Source: Octopus bimaculoides
Taxonomy: Eukaryota
Direction: 5' to 3'
Length of the DNA: 64,000 nucleotides
Assembly: GCF_001194135.2 (NCBI RefSeq)
Contig: NC_068983.1
Coordinates: 146,025,285 to 146,089,284, forward strand
This document shows, piece by piece, positions 26,477 through 38,701 of this stretch. Within the stretch, counting starts at the first letter, position 1. Each line of letters opens with the position of its first letter. The translations under genes and the position numbers were made by a program. The notes under the pieces are model-generated. The model had not been told where the DNA came from, searched no databases, and worked only from the letters and a program-made list of their open reading frames with translations.

Positions 26477-27997
26477 CCGAAAAAGTGATGCCCAGAAAAC
26501 TTTAAGTAATGTGGAGTTGTGTTAAAGTGTTATTAAATGCATGTAACTCCAACTAAATGTGTCGAGCGCTACTTATTTGTTTGTTCACTCCCTGCAATAT
26601 ATAAGTGTGGATGTATGTGTGTTTTTATGTATATGTGTGTGTACAGGGAGAGAAAAAACACATCTATGTATTAATTCAATCTTTTAACGCTTTGTCGTAT
26701 TTGCGTTTCAGTCTCTTATAGTTCGTTCGAACAATAAAGTTGCCAAGTTCATTTTTAACAACGTTGCCAAGCTATCTCAGCCTCATCATGAGGATGTGGA
26801 ATGGCTTTTGATTTCTGTATTACCTACATCACATACCATCAAAACAAAAAGGGTTAGAAAAATACGAACAAAGACTACTCCCATACTTTACAGAATCCCC
26901 ACACACACACACACACCAAAAAAATAATAAAGTGATTAAGGAAACAATACTAATATCGCAACAAGAAGCTACAATTGACATACAATATACACACATTACA
27001 ATCTACAATTGACATACAATATACACACATCACAACTTCAAACACTTTTACAGAGGATAGAAGATTACAGGAGTGAAGCATATGTACCAGAATTGACAGA
27101 AGTAGTGGGCAAAATAAAACTAGTCATACATTATTCAAATAGAAAATATATTTTTCGAAGAACAGGCTGAACGATAAGTTAGCGGATAAAGTTAGATAAG
27201 AAATTGATAGAATCTGTAGATTATGTATCAACACTCAATTCAGCATCTATTCAGTAGAGCATTTAACCACGTAAAGCATTCAATCACGTATTATGAAACG
27301 GGTTTTGCCTGTTTTGTTGTAACAGCGCAATTGATGATATTGTAACTCTGTTTTCACAAAAATAAATGAATTCTCATTTAGATTAGATTCAATGCTTAAA
27401 GAAAAGTTGTAAAGGATAAGAATAAGATAGTATAAGAACCATAGTTACCAGAAAGACTTAAGGAAATCTGTTTTCATTAAATTATGCAGTCAATATGTTA
27501 GCTGCGCGGCAGAGCTATGAACATCGCATTATCTGAATACCTTTCTCTTCTATAATTTTCAGAAATGCAAATAAATCCCATTCAGATGCATATATATATA
27601 CACACACAATGAACACATCCATCCATCTATCCATCCATACATACATACATACATACATACATACAAACATACATACACATACATACGTACACACGTACAC
27701 ACACACATATATATATTCGGAATGGTAGATCCCAGAGTAAATAAATCAATAAATAATAGTGTGTAAATAACCTTTTCGATCGAAAAAGTCGAAGGCAGCC
27801 TTCGACCTTTTCTATCGAATGAATTTTTAACCCAATATCCACACGGTATCATTTCTAGATTTATTTGCTTCCAGATCTACCATTCCTTCCCACCGAAAAA
27901 AAAATTATTTCACGTTCTCTCGAAGTCTATGAAAGTTTCTTATGACATCAACAATATATATGTACGTGTGTGCGTGCGTGTGTGTGTGTGTGTGCAT

Positions 27998-28030
<33 letters not shown>

Positions 28031-28292
28031 TTAAATTTACAGAAAAACAAAAGACGAAGACATGTGTATGAACAACAAGCAGGTGTATTAGTTTGACACT
28101 CGGGAAAGTGAGAAAGTCTTTTACGTTTCGAGCCTACGCTCTTCAGCAGAAAAAAAATACGAGAAAATAAACAGAGAGAGAATTTTTAAAATCTTGTGGA
28201 TTTAGCGGTCATACATATATATACATATACATGTATTCATACATACACACACACATATAGACATACATACACACATATATGTATACACACAC

Positions 28293-28323
<31 letters not shown>

Positions 28324-29544
28324 TGTATGTATGTATGTGTGCATTATTTAATGAATAGAAATCAATTTGATTTTAGTCAGGACAAGATTACTATTTTCGC
28401 GTGGGGAGGTTTATAGTTGATTTTACTTAGTTGTTAAATTTCTTTCAAACTGCATCCTACCATCTTAAAGGAAAATACGTTTGCTCAATCAGAACTGACA
28501 TCGAAGTACAGAACATTTGTTACTTTTTATTCAATGCCGGCTAGATTTGATGATAAATTTATCACAGCTATGAAACGAACTCAGAAACTTGATATAAGTT
28601 ACTGTACTGAATCACATCTGGCGCTCCACCGTTTTTGCCAGTTTATTCAAGTCTTACCATCAGACTTAACGTACCGACTATACAGTACATTCACCCACTA
28701 GTGAACTTTTCTTCACTCTAAATATGATTCCCCATCAACGAGTTACAATGTAAATCTAAACTACGTCACTTGAACAGCCGCGTAGCTTCAACATATGCAT
28801 AAGCTCTGTTAATCGTTTATTTTGTGGTTTAAACATAATTACATACTTAAAAGAAATACTTTGCTAATTATCTTCAAAAATCAATATTATTCTACTAGAT
28901 AAAATGGAGTGATCGATTCATTTCAAACTTTATACTTGCGATGCCGTAATATAACATAAATAATATAAAAGATAGAAGCATAATTATTCTTTTAGGTACA
29001 CTGACTTCTAACACACGCACAAGTCCTTGCGCATTTCAGAGGAAAAGTGTAGTTGATTACACTTTTGGATTAAATCGATCCCAGGACCTATTTTTTAAAT
29101 AAGATTTCATATAGGATTTAGGGAACAATAGAGCCATTATTCAATGATCGGGTCACTCTATTTTACAATTTTAAAAAATGACTAGAGATTGCTTGTGCAA
29201 CACAGGCTAAACAAATATCACTCGAAGAATTTTCTTTCGAAAGCAGTGATTTATCAGTTTTCTCACCCCAACACAGCGGCGAAAGAGATACGTTTATATG
29301 TATGTATATATATATANNNNNNNNNNNNNNNNNNNNNNNNNNNNNNNNNNNNNNNNNNNNNNNNNNNNNNNNNNNNNNNNNNNNNNNNNNNNNNNNNNNN
29401 NNNNNNNNNNNNNNNNNNNNNNNNNNNNNNNNNNNNNNNNNNNNNNNNNNNNNNNNNATATATACATACATATATATATGTACACACACATATATAAATA
29501 TATATATACATACATACATACATACATACATACATACAGCCGAA

Positions 29545-29930
29545 AATCAGTGAAAAAGAGAACACTTATGCTGAACTATTGAGAAATCTACAGTTATTCT
29601 ATCCAGATTACAAGTTCAGGTTTATACCTGTAATTATTGGGACCCTGTGATATGTAACACACTGCCTAAATACCAATCTTGAGAAATTAGGCTTCTCAAA
29701 ACCAGAAAGCTAATTCGAACGCTACAGATCCAATCCATCACTGGAACTGTAAAAATCTGTAAAACTTTCCAGAAGTTTATCACTTAAATATATATGAACA
29801 TGTCTTGCTATGTAACTCTATGCATGAGAATACATACATAAAACATACAAATCTGCACATACATACATACATACATACATACATACATACATACATACAT
29901 ACATACATACATACATACATACATACGTAC
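29545..29930 (+). mobile_element. R4/Dong- or NeSL-type non-LTR retrotransposon 3' end (restriction-like endonuclease tail)
   Basis: EKENTYAELLRNLQLFYPDYKFRFIPVIIGTL*YVTHCLNTNLEKLGF... /LIRTLQIQSITGTVKICKTFQKF*, followed by a 3' UTR and a (TACA)n tail. Confidence 0.7.
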
Positions 29931-29964
29931 GTACGTACGTACCCTGCTGTTAATTATTTACATT

Positions 29965-30010
29965 CCTAGTTCGATTCCAGGCAGTGACTTGAATAATAAT
30001 AATAATAATG

Positions 30011-30103
<93 letters not shown>

Positions 30104-30287
30104 TCGAAAGATACCTTAGGAATGAGATCCCAGGCTCGAAATTTCCCCAAGATACCTGATGAAAACTGGAGGGTATATCAGCCGAAACGTTGTGTTAACA
30201 GCAAACAAGATGAGGACAAACATCCGTCAGATGTAAATAATGCAAATAATGTACATAATTCCTCATCTCTTAAATATAGAACTGTAC
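29965..30287 (+). mobile_element. Penelope-like element terminal repeat (tRNA-like remnant + (AAT)n + hammerhead region), copy 1
   Basis: gttcgattccaggcagtgacttg-(AAT)n-...ggaatgagatcccaggctcgaaatttccccaagatacctgatgaaaactggagggtatatcagccgaaacgttgtgttaac...ttcctcatctcttaaatatagaactgt. Same family as the GIY-YIG-bearing copy at 55085-55872. Confidence 0.8.
30151..30196 (+). ncRNA. Minimal type I hammerhead ribozyme, degenerate stem II
   Basis: GAUAC-CUGAUGA-A-AACUG...CAGCC-GAA-ACGU-U-GUGUU. Core and stem I are intact, but the two stem II pairs next to the core are A-C mismatches (GGCUG in the 55 kb copy). Confidence 0.6.
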
Positions 30288-31791
30288 CTGCTGTTGATGT
30301 TGAAATTTCAATGAAGGAACCGTGGATCTAGGTTAGAAACCGGTTCTTTCTCTATTGGCAAGAAGTCTTGAAATAAACTGAATAATGACATACATACACA
30401 CATGCATATATACATACATACATACACACACACATACATACATTCATATATGCACACACATACATACATACATACATACATACATACATACATACACATT
30501 TGTTTATGTGTTTCTATGTGTGCGAGGGGCTTTTGCACTGCTTCCGTCTACCAAATTTTATTTGCAACGAATTTGTCAACCTGAGGCAAATATCAAATGA
30601 ATAGGAAGCAAACTTAACGACTCCGTAACCATGCCAGCACCCATTATACTGTATGGTAGTTACTTTAGTGACACCAGATAGTTGAAAGGTAGGTAAAGGA
30701 TCGTTACTAAATACAGCAAAGCAATCCGTCATTGCCTCTTTGCTTCATATTAGCGATCACTTTCGATTCTTCCTCATCATATGTAATGACTAGTGGAGTC
30801 ATGAATGTTAATGAGACAACGACTCCAAAATATTCACTTCTTGAATTTGCTTTTCTTACAGTATCAGTGTCCCAAATAGAACAAGACATCTTCAACAAAA
30901 CAATAAGCAAAGTCTATTAATTAATTTCTTTATAAAGCTAACAATTTACCAGAGTAAGTTGATGGAGTATCTTGGGTATCAATCACTCATTGACAATCGG
31001 GCTCTTTACTTACAGTCATGGCTTTATATTTATATATATATATATNNNNNNNNNNNNNNNNNNNNNNNNNNNNNNNNNNNNNNNNNNNNNNNNNNNNNNN
31101 NNNNNNNNNNNNNNNNNNNNNNNNNNNNNNNNNNNNNNNNNNNNNNNNNNNNNNNNNNNNNNNNNNNNNNNNNNNNNNNNNNNNNNNNNNNNNNNNNNNN
31201 NNNNNNNNNNNNNNNNNNNNNNNNNNNNNNNNNNNNNNNNNNNNNNNNNNNNNNNNNNNNNNNNNNNNNNNNNNNNNNNNNNNNNNNNNNNNNNNNNNNN
31301 NNNNNNNNNNNNNNNNNNNNNNNNNNNNNNNNNNNNNNNNNNNNNNNNNNNNNNNNNNNNNNNNNNNNNNNNNNNNNNNNNNNNNNNNNNNNNNNNNNNN
31401 NNNNNNNNNNNNNNNNNNNNNNNNNNNNNNNNNNNNNNNNNNNNNNNNNNNNNNNNNNNNNNNNNNNNNNNNNNNNNNNNNNNNNNNNNNNNNNNNNNNN
31501 NNNNNNNNNNNNNNNNNNNNNNNNNNNNNNNNNNNNNNNNNNNNNNNNNNNNNNNNNNNNNNNNNNNNNNNNNNNNNNNNNNNNNNNNNNNNNNNNNNNN
31601 NNNNNNNNNNNNNNNNNNNNNNNNNNNNNNNNNNNNNNNNNNNNNNNNNNNNNNNNNNNNNNNNNNNNNNNNNNNNNNNNNNNNNNNNNNNNNNNNNNNN
31701 NNNNNNNNNNNNNNNNNNNNNNNNNNNNNNNNNNNNNNNNNNNNNNNNNNNNNNNNNATGTGGTTGGTAAGCAAGCTACTTACCACGCAGA

Positions 31792-31822
<31 letters not shown>

Positions 31823-32985
31823 CTTTTCAAGTCCATTTATGTGAAACATTTTTGAGTGTGCTCATAAAAGTTCCTATGCTATTTATTCCAGGTATATATA
31901 TTCTCCTTAACTTCGTCTCTGTTTAGGTGACTTCAGTTGTCTGAGGAAGACAGATCAGCCCCCACATAATGCTAATAATAAGGCGAACATAATGGACTCT
32001 CAACATCCTAGAATGTCTAATTGTAATAAGAATCCATTTTAGGTAGTTTAATTCCCCTTCTTTATGTCATCAGCAGGAGCATAGATGAGCTAATATGGTA
32101 GTCCTAATATGGTAGTCCTAATATGGTCACTTGGTCTACCATATTTCTTTCAAGTCATACACTACCATCTTTAAAAATAAAAAAACACATTACATAATAT
32201 TCTCGTAGAAACAGTATGTCTGAGAAAAGGGACGGATACAGCTTGACTGTCTTTGGTTATAAGACCTGGGGCTAAGCAACAACAACACAACAACAACGGT
32301 AGGGAACAGTAAAATATGACGAACGCACCATTTGTTTTTAGGGAATGAATTTAACTGTTCTTGTGGCTATTAAAATAGGAATTGTTGTGTCCTCCGGGTT
32401 TCGTATATCTATGTCCAAGTCGCATCAACGCAATAGGCTTATACGCATCAGTGTAGAAAAGAGTTAAGAGTCTGACATAATGGTCGAGATAAAGCATTTT
32501 TTATTTGTATATATTTAGCTCACACTAATGTCACTGTATTGTTATAGGAAAGAGTGGATACAGTAAAACATGTTTGGAAATAAATTGAAAACAAAACAGA
32601 TTTACTATGTATATGTGTGCATATATGTGTATGCGTGCGTTGTGAAGACCTAAAGACTTTATAAAAAGACTTTATAAGCTAAAGAAAACAAAAGATTTAT
32701 TGTGTGTGTGTGTGTATTCGTACTCGTATGTGTGTATGTGTGTATGTGTGCAAACGGAAATCTTTATAAAGACTTCATAATATAAAGGATACAATGGATT
32801 TAGCCTGCGCGCATGCTTGTATAATTTTAGCAAAATATTTTTAGTATGTGTGTGTGTGAATTTCAATGTATGATTATGTGTGTATGTGATGTAAGTGTTG
32901 TGAAGACCGAAGATGTTATAAGATAAAAAAATTAAAATATTAAGTTATACGTATACGCGTTTGCGTATGTGTGTGTGCGTGTGTG

Positions 32986-33020
<35 letters not shown>

Positions 33021-33368
33021 ACGTTTTCATGTCTATATAGTTGTGCGTGTAAAAACGCATCGGTTGGTTCAGGCGGAAGACGGGATAGCCCAGAATAAAC
33101 AAATATTTTAATCGGAATTTACAAACTGAATAGATTTTTGGATCATTATGATTTCTATTGTTTTGTTAATAGGTTGATATTGAATGATAAATTGTAAAGG
33201 TCTGTTTAGATTTCGCCTCAAATACAACAAAATATTTCTATAAAATCAGTGTTTTAAAATGTCCGTTGTATCAAGCTTCCCCCACTTCGGCACTTTTAAA
33301 CGCGTACAGTTTTTGTTTCCTAAACTTGTGTTAGAGGAAGAGTAAAGCATATCATAATGATTTCTAAT

Positions 33369-33568
33369 TTAGATACAAAGCCAATAATTTCGGGCAGGAG
33401 TGTTTAGTCTATTACATCGCGACCAAGGTTTTATTTTAACGACTTCGGCAGGATGAAAAGTAAAGGTGACCTCAGTGATAATTGAACTCAGAACGTAAAG
33501 TGTCGGAATAAATATCGCGAAGGATATTGCCAGACGTTCTAGTGATTCTTCCAATCTAACATCCTTGC
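33369..33568 (-). mobile_element. Octopus SINE family A, degraded
   Basis: ggatgaaaagtaaaggtgacctcag...ttgaactcagaacgtaaag...gattcttccaatctaacatcctt, the reverse orientation of the family consensus. Confidence 0.75.
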
Positions 33569-34629
33569 AGCAGTATAAAATAATATATCATAAGTTAATA
33601 CCAAATTATCCAAGTGAGGATGGTATTCCACTAAATCCTCCTTGTATCACTGCCTCAAATCTTAAACAAGAATGGGATACATTAAATGTTATAGTCCTAT
33701 ATTATTCCTGAAAAAGCGGCATGATCATGGTTGGAATTCGTATAACCATAGGTCATCTCAGTAGAAGTGGACCTGAGGGCTACACAGTGTCATCTTCATC
33801 TTCATCATCGACTTTTTATCGTACATCTGTGGAGAATCAGCTTAAAGACCCTTCCCTACCATCTTCAGCCTTTTACCAAATATGGAGTTGAACTTACCTC
33901 TGTTATTAATGGGGCCGATGCCAGTCTGTTTACTGAAACAGCCTCGTTCAAATTTCTTTCAAATCACATCCTCATATCTTAAACCTTTTAGTCAAAATTC
34001 ACTGCATTTAGATACGAATCTGTTTCAATTCTACGCGCCTCATTACGTAACTGCCGGCGTGCTTAGCAAATTTGTTTTGCAACTATCGTTAGATATACAT
34101 ATAATACTCATCTCGATTGTAAGGAGCCTAAATTGTTTTAAGAATTTTATATCATCTATACCACAAAAAACATAATGTACACACCCCTTATTTTAATTTT
34201 CATTTTGTTGAAAAAAAGGAGTTATACAAAGACTTTACGTTATGTAGTTACGGGCTCGATCGCACTACAAGCATCTTGGACCTGAGTCCTCCGCCATAGA
34301 GCCAATACTTAACTATATCTCACAATGGTGCCTATTTGTGCTTAGTATTTCCAATCAGTTTTTCAATGCACTACATGAAATATATTCACCACTATTTAAC
34401 GTTGATTTTTTAGGCGAAAAATGTTTCAATTAGGCAAAGTAGGTGTTTTATTTTTTATGCTAATTTTCCACTGCTATTTGGATTATAATATTACATGGTT
34501 GCGTTTAAAATCAGAACATAAAGCGACGTCATAAAATATCGAAAAATGTTTTTCGTCCAGCTCTCTATCGACTTCGAAATACATCACTCGTTCACATAAA
34601 AAAAACTACTAACATTCATGTTAGTTCAA

Positions 34630-34840
34630 AGGCAGTTAGCTGACAGAATTGTTAGAACGTAGGGTAAAAAAAAATGCTTTGCTGTATTTCTTCAGTTTCA
34701 TTACGTTCTGAATTCAAATTTCGCCAAGGTTGACTTTACTTTTCATCCTTTTGGAGTCAAGTGCTGGGATTGATGCAATCGACTTGTCCCTGACCCTCAA
34801 AATAGTTGGCTTTGTATTCAAATTAGAAAGAAATATTAAT
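34630..34840 (+). mobile_element. Octopus SINE family A just upstream of exon 2
   Basis: aggcagttagctgacagaattgttag...ttacgttctgaattcaaatttcgccaaggttgactttacttttcatccttttggagtc...caaattagaaag. Confidence 0.8.
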
Positions 34841-34936
34841 ATCAGTTCAATTGAAATTTACAGAATGTTGTGAATGTTTTTGTATTTATTGTTTATTTGT
34901 GTCTTCAATTTTTATTTTTTATTTTTTTATACTCAG

Positions 34937-35124
34937 GTAAAAATTACGTCCATATGCTTTTGCTTCCTTTTGGGATTGGGAGTATTGTTTGATTCCTGGG
35001 CTGAAGCCGGCTGCGCCAGACCTTGCCTTTTGAGTTTCTTTCGGTGTGTCAGAAGCGTTGAAGAAGAATGCTGTAGTGGTTACAGAACTTGCATGAAAGA
35101 TGCCTGTGATGTCGCAAATCCATC
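34937..35124 (+). CDS. Neuropeptide precursor exon 2: signal peptide plus most of the cysteine-rich peptide
   Basis: Strong acceptor (long T tract ...ttttttatactcAG|) and donor (|GTAAGT at 35125). The 188 nt (phase 0 to phase 2) encode VKITSICFCFLLGLGVLFDSWAEA GCARPCLLSFFRCVRSVEEECCSGYRTCMKDACDVANP(S), with a hydrophobic core and an A-E-A signal peptidase site. Confidence 0.92.
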
Positions 35125-35196
35125 GTAAGTACAACTATTTCACTTTCATATAATTAATCCTTGTATCGAACTCTGATTTGTTGGTTCTCTTAGATT

Positions 35197-35246
<50 letters not shown>

Positions 35247-36305
35247 AGAGAAGAGAAGGAATTTTATAACAGTGCATGACTTTTCGAATAACGTACGAGC
35301 CGTGAGAAGACAATGACACCAGATGTGAAGATATTTTGCTCTCAGCATCCTATACCGTCTAATTGTGAGCGAAAGTCCACTTTCGGTAGCTTAGGAAGAC
35401 AGACAAGCTAATGAATCACTGTGCAATAGTTCGAATGTAATAAATAGCAACCAAGTATCCTTCAAATCAAACCCCACAATCTTAAGAAGGAAGTACATAT
35501 CGAACAATGTAGTCCGATATGATCTTTAAAACACAAATCACACATTTTGATCGAAGGATATAAATGGTTAAATCCTTTTCGGTACTTCTACTTACTTTAT
35601 TGACCCCGAAATAATAGTCACTTGCTAACATCAGAGCCTCTATGTGGTCACTCGATCTGCTATAAATATCAGTAAGTGAATCGCTCTCTCAAACCACACC
35701 CTATAGTCTTCAAAAAGAAAGAACTCTCAGGATAATGAAGTCAAAGATGAGAAAATCACAGCTGGAACGTCTCTAATCAAAGATTTGCTCAGTCAGGACT
35801 CAATCTAAACTAAATCGAGAACAACATCTTCCATTCCTTTCCAATCACAGAGTCTCTGTTAACATATGAATTCTGTTCCTTGAGTTCGCAGCAACTACAG
35901 TACTTCGATATCTAGTTTTCACATTATACAGTAAAATCACTTGAATACAAATCATTGATATTGTTTTTCTAAAATCGTTCCGTGCTTTAGAGATCTGAGC
36001 TCAAGTCTTGAATGTGGAGCAACTTTTACATTTATTGTAGGTAGTAGATATAATTGTTCAAAAGTTTGAACGGGATACAGTTTATTTTAGTAACAAAATG
36101 ATTAGTGCAAATAAATTAAATCACAAATGATGTAGAATGATTGCTGTATATAAAAGTCAGCTTCGAATTTGATCATTTATATCAAAGCTGTTTTACACTT
36201 TCTTATTAGTCAGCAATGTTTTGTACGAACCAATAATGTTGTTCAGTTCATTAATATTACAAGACCTTTTCAATATCATCCATATCATTCCATTAGAATC
36301 CTCAA

Positions 36306-36484
36306 AGTTATGATACGTACATGGTGGTCGTCAACTTAACGGTGTTGTGTAAGCTGTTATTCACTGTAAATTTCAGCACGGGAATTGCTGAGAGCCATTG
36401 TCTTTAACATCTAGGATTACACAGTTTATCGATGATGGCCATACTAGTCTACGAGTTGACAGCCACCATGTATGCATCATAACT
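36306..36484. mobile_element. Small MITE-like element with ~31-bp imperfect terminal inverted repeats (intron 2)
   Basis: agttatgatacgtacatggtggtcgtcaact (36306-36336) versus agttgacagccaccatgtatgcatcataact (36454-36484): 4 mismatches. Confidence 0.6.
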
Positions 36485-37216
36485 CTTAGAATTCTAATAA
36501 AATATCTTCTATGACAGTTTACGAAAGTTTAACATCGTTACATGTAAACGCAGTTAACGGCAGCCATTTTAATCGTCTGACAACACATTTGCATGAACTT
36601 TTCAAACATTTCTTAAATGGTTTTACCACGATTAGAATGTGTTGCTTGAGAAAAGGGAAGAGTTTCCTAATTGCTTCGCATTTTCGTGAATGATTAGACA
36701 GTTAGAGCTGTCTTTCTCCCCAGATAAATAGAAAATAATTATATAGTTAATTTATCTGGCTAGGAATTGTCTCTTAAAATGAGTGTGTGTGTGTACATCA
36801 TTGTGTATGTATATGTGTGTGTGTGTGTCTGTGTATGTACGTACGTACGTATGTATGTATGTATGTATGTATGTATGTATGTATGTATGTATGTACGTAT
36901 GTATGTATAAAAATATGTGAGATAGAAATTAATTCACGCGACTCTTTATTTAGAGCCACTACGATAGTTTTGACTCATCATGCACCAGTACCTTACCGGT
37001 AAGATGTACAAACAATTGTCATGCATCATTGGTGCAGATGCGTTTCCTCAAGTGACTTCTGAAAAAATTACCTCGTTTTTTTTTATATCTAGCCGTTTCG
37101 CTTATTTCTATAACAATACACTTTTGGTTAGTGTAGCATATTATCCTTCCTCATAAGGAACTGCGATATTTATGTATGTTTGTATGTATGTATGTATGTA
37201 TGTATGTATGTATATA

Positions 37217-37259
<43 letters not shown>

Positions 37260-38701
37260 NNNNNNNNNNNNNNNNNNNNNNNNNNNNNNNNNNNNNNNNN
37301 NNNNNNNNNNNNNNNNNNNNNNNNNNNNNNNNNNNNNNNNNNNNNNNNNNNNNNNNNNNNNNNNNNNNNNNNNNNNNNNNNNNNNNNNNNNNNNNNNNNN
37401 NNNNNNNNNNNNNNNNNNNNNNNNNNNNNNNNNNNNNNNNNNNNNNNNNNNNNNNNNNNNNNNNNNNNNNNNNNNNNNNNNNNNNNNNNNNNNNNNNNNN
37501 NNNNNNNNNNNNNNNNNNNNNNNNNNNNNNNNNNNNNNNNNNNNNNNNNNNNNNNNNNNNNNNNNNNNNNNNNNNNNCACGCACACGCACACGCACACAC
37601 ACACGCACGCACACACACACACACACAAACACGAGCACGATTGTTTTCCATATACTTTTCGTCAACGAAATCCCACTGAAAGTATTGGTAAACCTATGGC
37701 TGGAAAAAGTAGAAGACTGTACGGTAGTCCCAGCTACCGTACAGTGGGATCGAACTTTGAACCACTTTGTTGCGAAGCGAATTTCTAAATCAGACGGCCA
37801 GCCATGCCGACACTTCATATAGTTTCGGATAGCATAACTGCACAGAATCACCTTTACCTTGAGTATTTATTCCGTGGTACTTAGCAGACACTGAGTTTCC
37901 TATAACATGATAACTACTTAAAACACATAACAGGTATAAATGACTTTGCAGGAATGATAATGCTATATCTGTAGATACAAACAGCGAGAATGATAAAGTT
38001 AGTGTCTGGCAAAATACCCTGCAATTAATAATTACATTTCTTTACAGTTCAGCTAAGGATTAGTTTGCCTTTCCTCTTTCCCAGTAATATACAACCTCCT
38101 ACAACCTCCTCCACTCCAAACAAACAGTTCTCTCCGTATGTTACTGTAGTAAAACCTATATTTCTGTCAACAAAATGTTTTTACTGTTGTTTAATTCCAG
38201 ATCCTCTCTGATCAAAGAAACTGATGGCGAAAGTCGTTCTAGTTGTGAACATTTCATCTTATTTGGAACTACATTGTCTAATGCATTTCCTTTTAAGATA
38301 GTCAGATATTGTTTGGGGGAGATTTAGTTAGTATTTCTAGTTGGTCTGGTTATGACGTAAAAGCTCCCTAGTTGGCTCGTTCCAGAGTCTCGGTAACTCT
38401 CAAGGTAACAACGGCCTACATATTTCAAAGCATAAGGTATCCATTTTGGCCCATTTTGCTCTTATTACTGCTGCAAGTAACATTTATTCAAAATACTGCA
38501 TAGTATCAGTGTTACAATATGATGTTACGTTCATCAGGTAAAAGAGATTATCTGCTTTACGTATAAATATCTTGTATGAGAAGTTGAGAAAATCCAATCT
38601 CCTTACTGTAGACCATCCAACTAACACGTTATGGCCTTCGTTTCAGAAGATAGTATCGCAACTTGAGCTCATTATTACTTTTTTTTCTCTTTAACTTTTA
38701 G

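Noticed and set aside
26968-27035. Short local duplications (ctacaattgacatacaatatacacacat x2; also 9744-9780 and 32094-32128)
   Set aside because: Ordinary slippage duplications with no further structure.
28105-28155. Hammerhead-like motif on the minus strand (CUGCUGA-A-GAGC-GUAG-GCUC-GAAACGUA)
   Set aside because: Conserved core A6 is replaced and stem I is only a weak U/A run. Probably a decayed PLE end, not called as a ribozyme.
34874-34936. N-terminal extension MFLYLLFICVFNFYFLFFYTQ of ORF 34874..35128 as an unspliced start
   Set aside because: It is the polypyrimidine tract of the acceptor and starts at TTG. The spliced ATG gives a normal-length signal peptide.
38641-38652. Alternative acceptor tttcAG at 38645-38646
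   Set aside because: It would give S-R-stop, leaving 7 cysteines and no peptides, and it has a weaker pyrimidine tract than 38701. No evidence of use.
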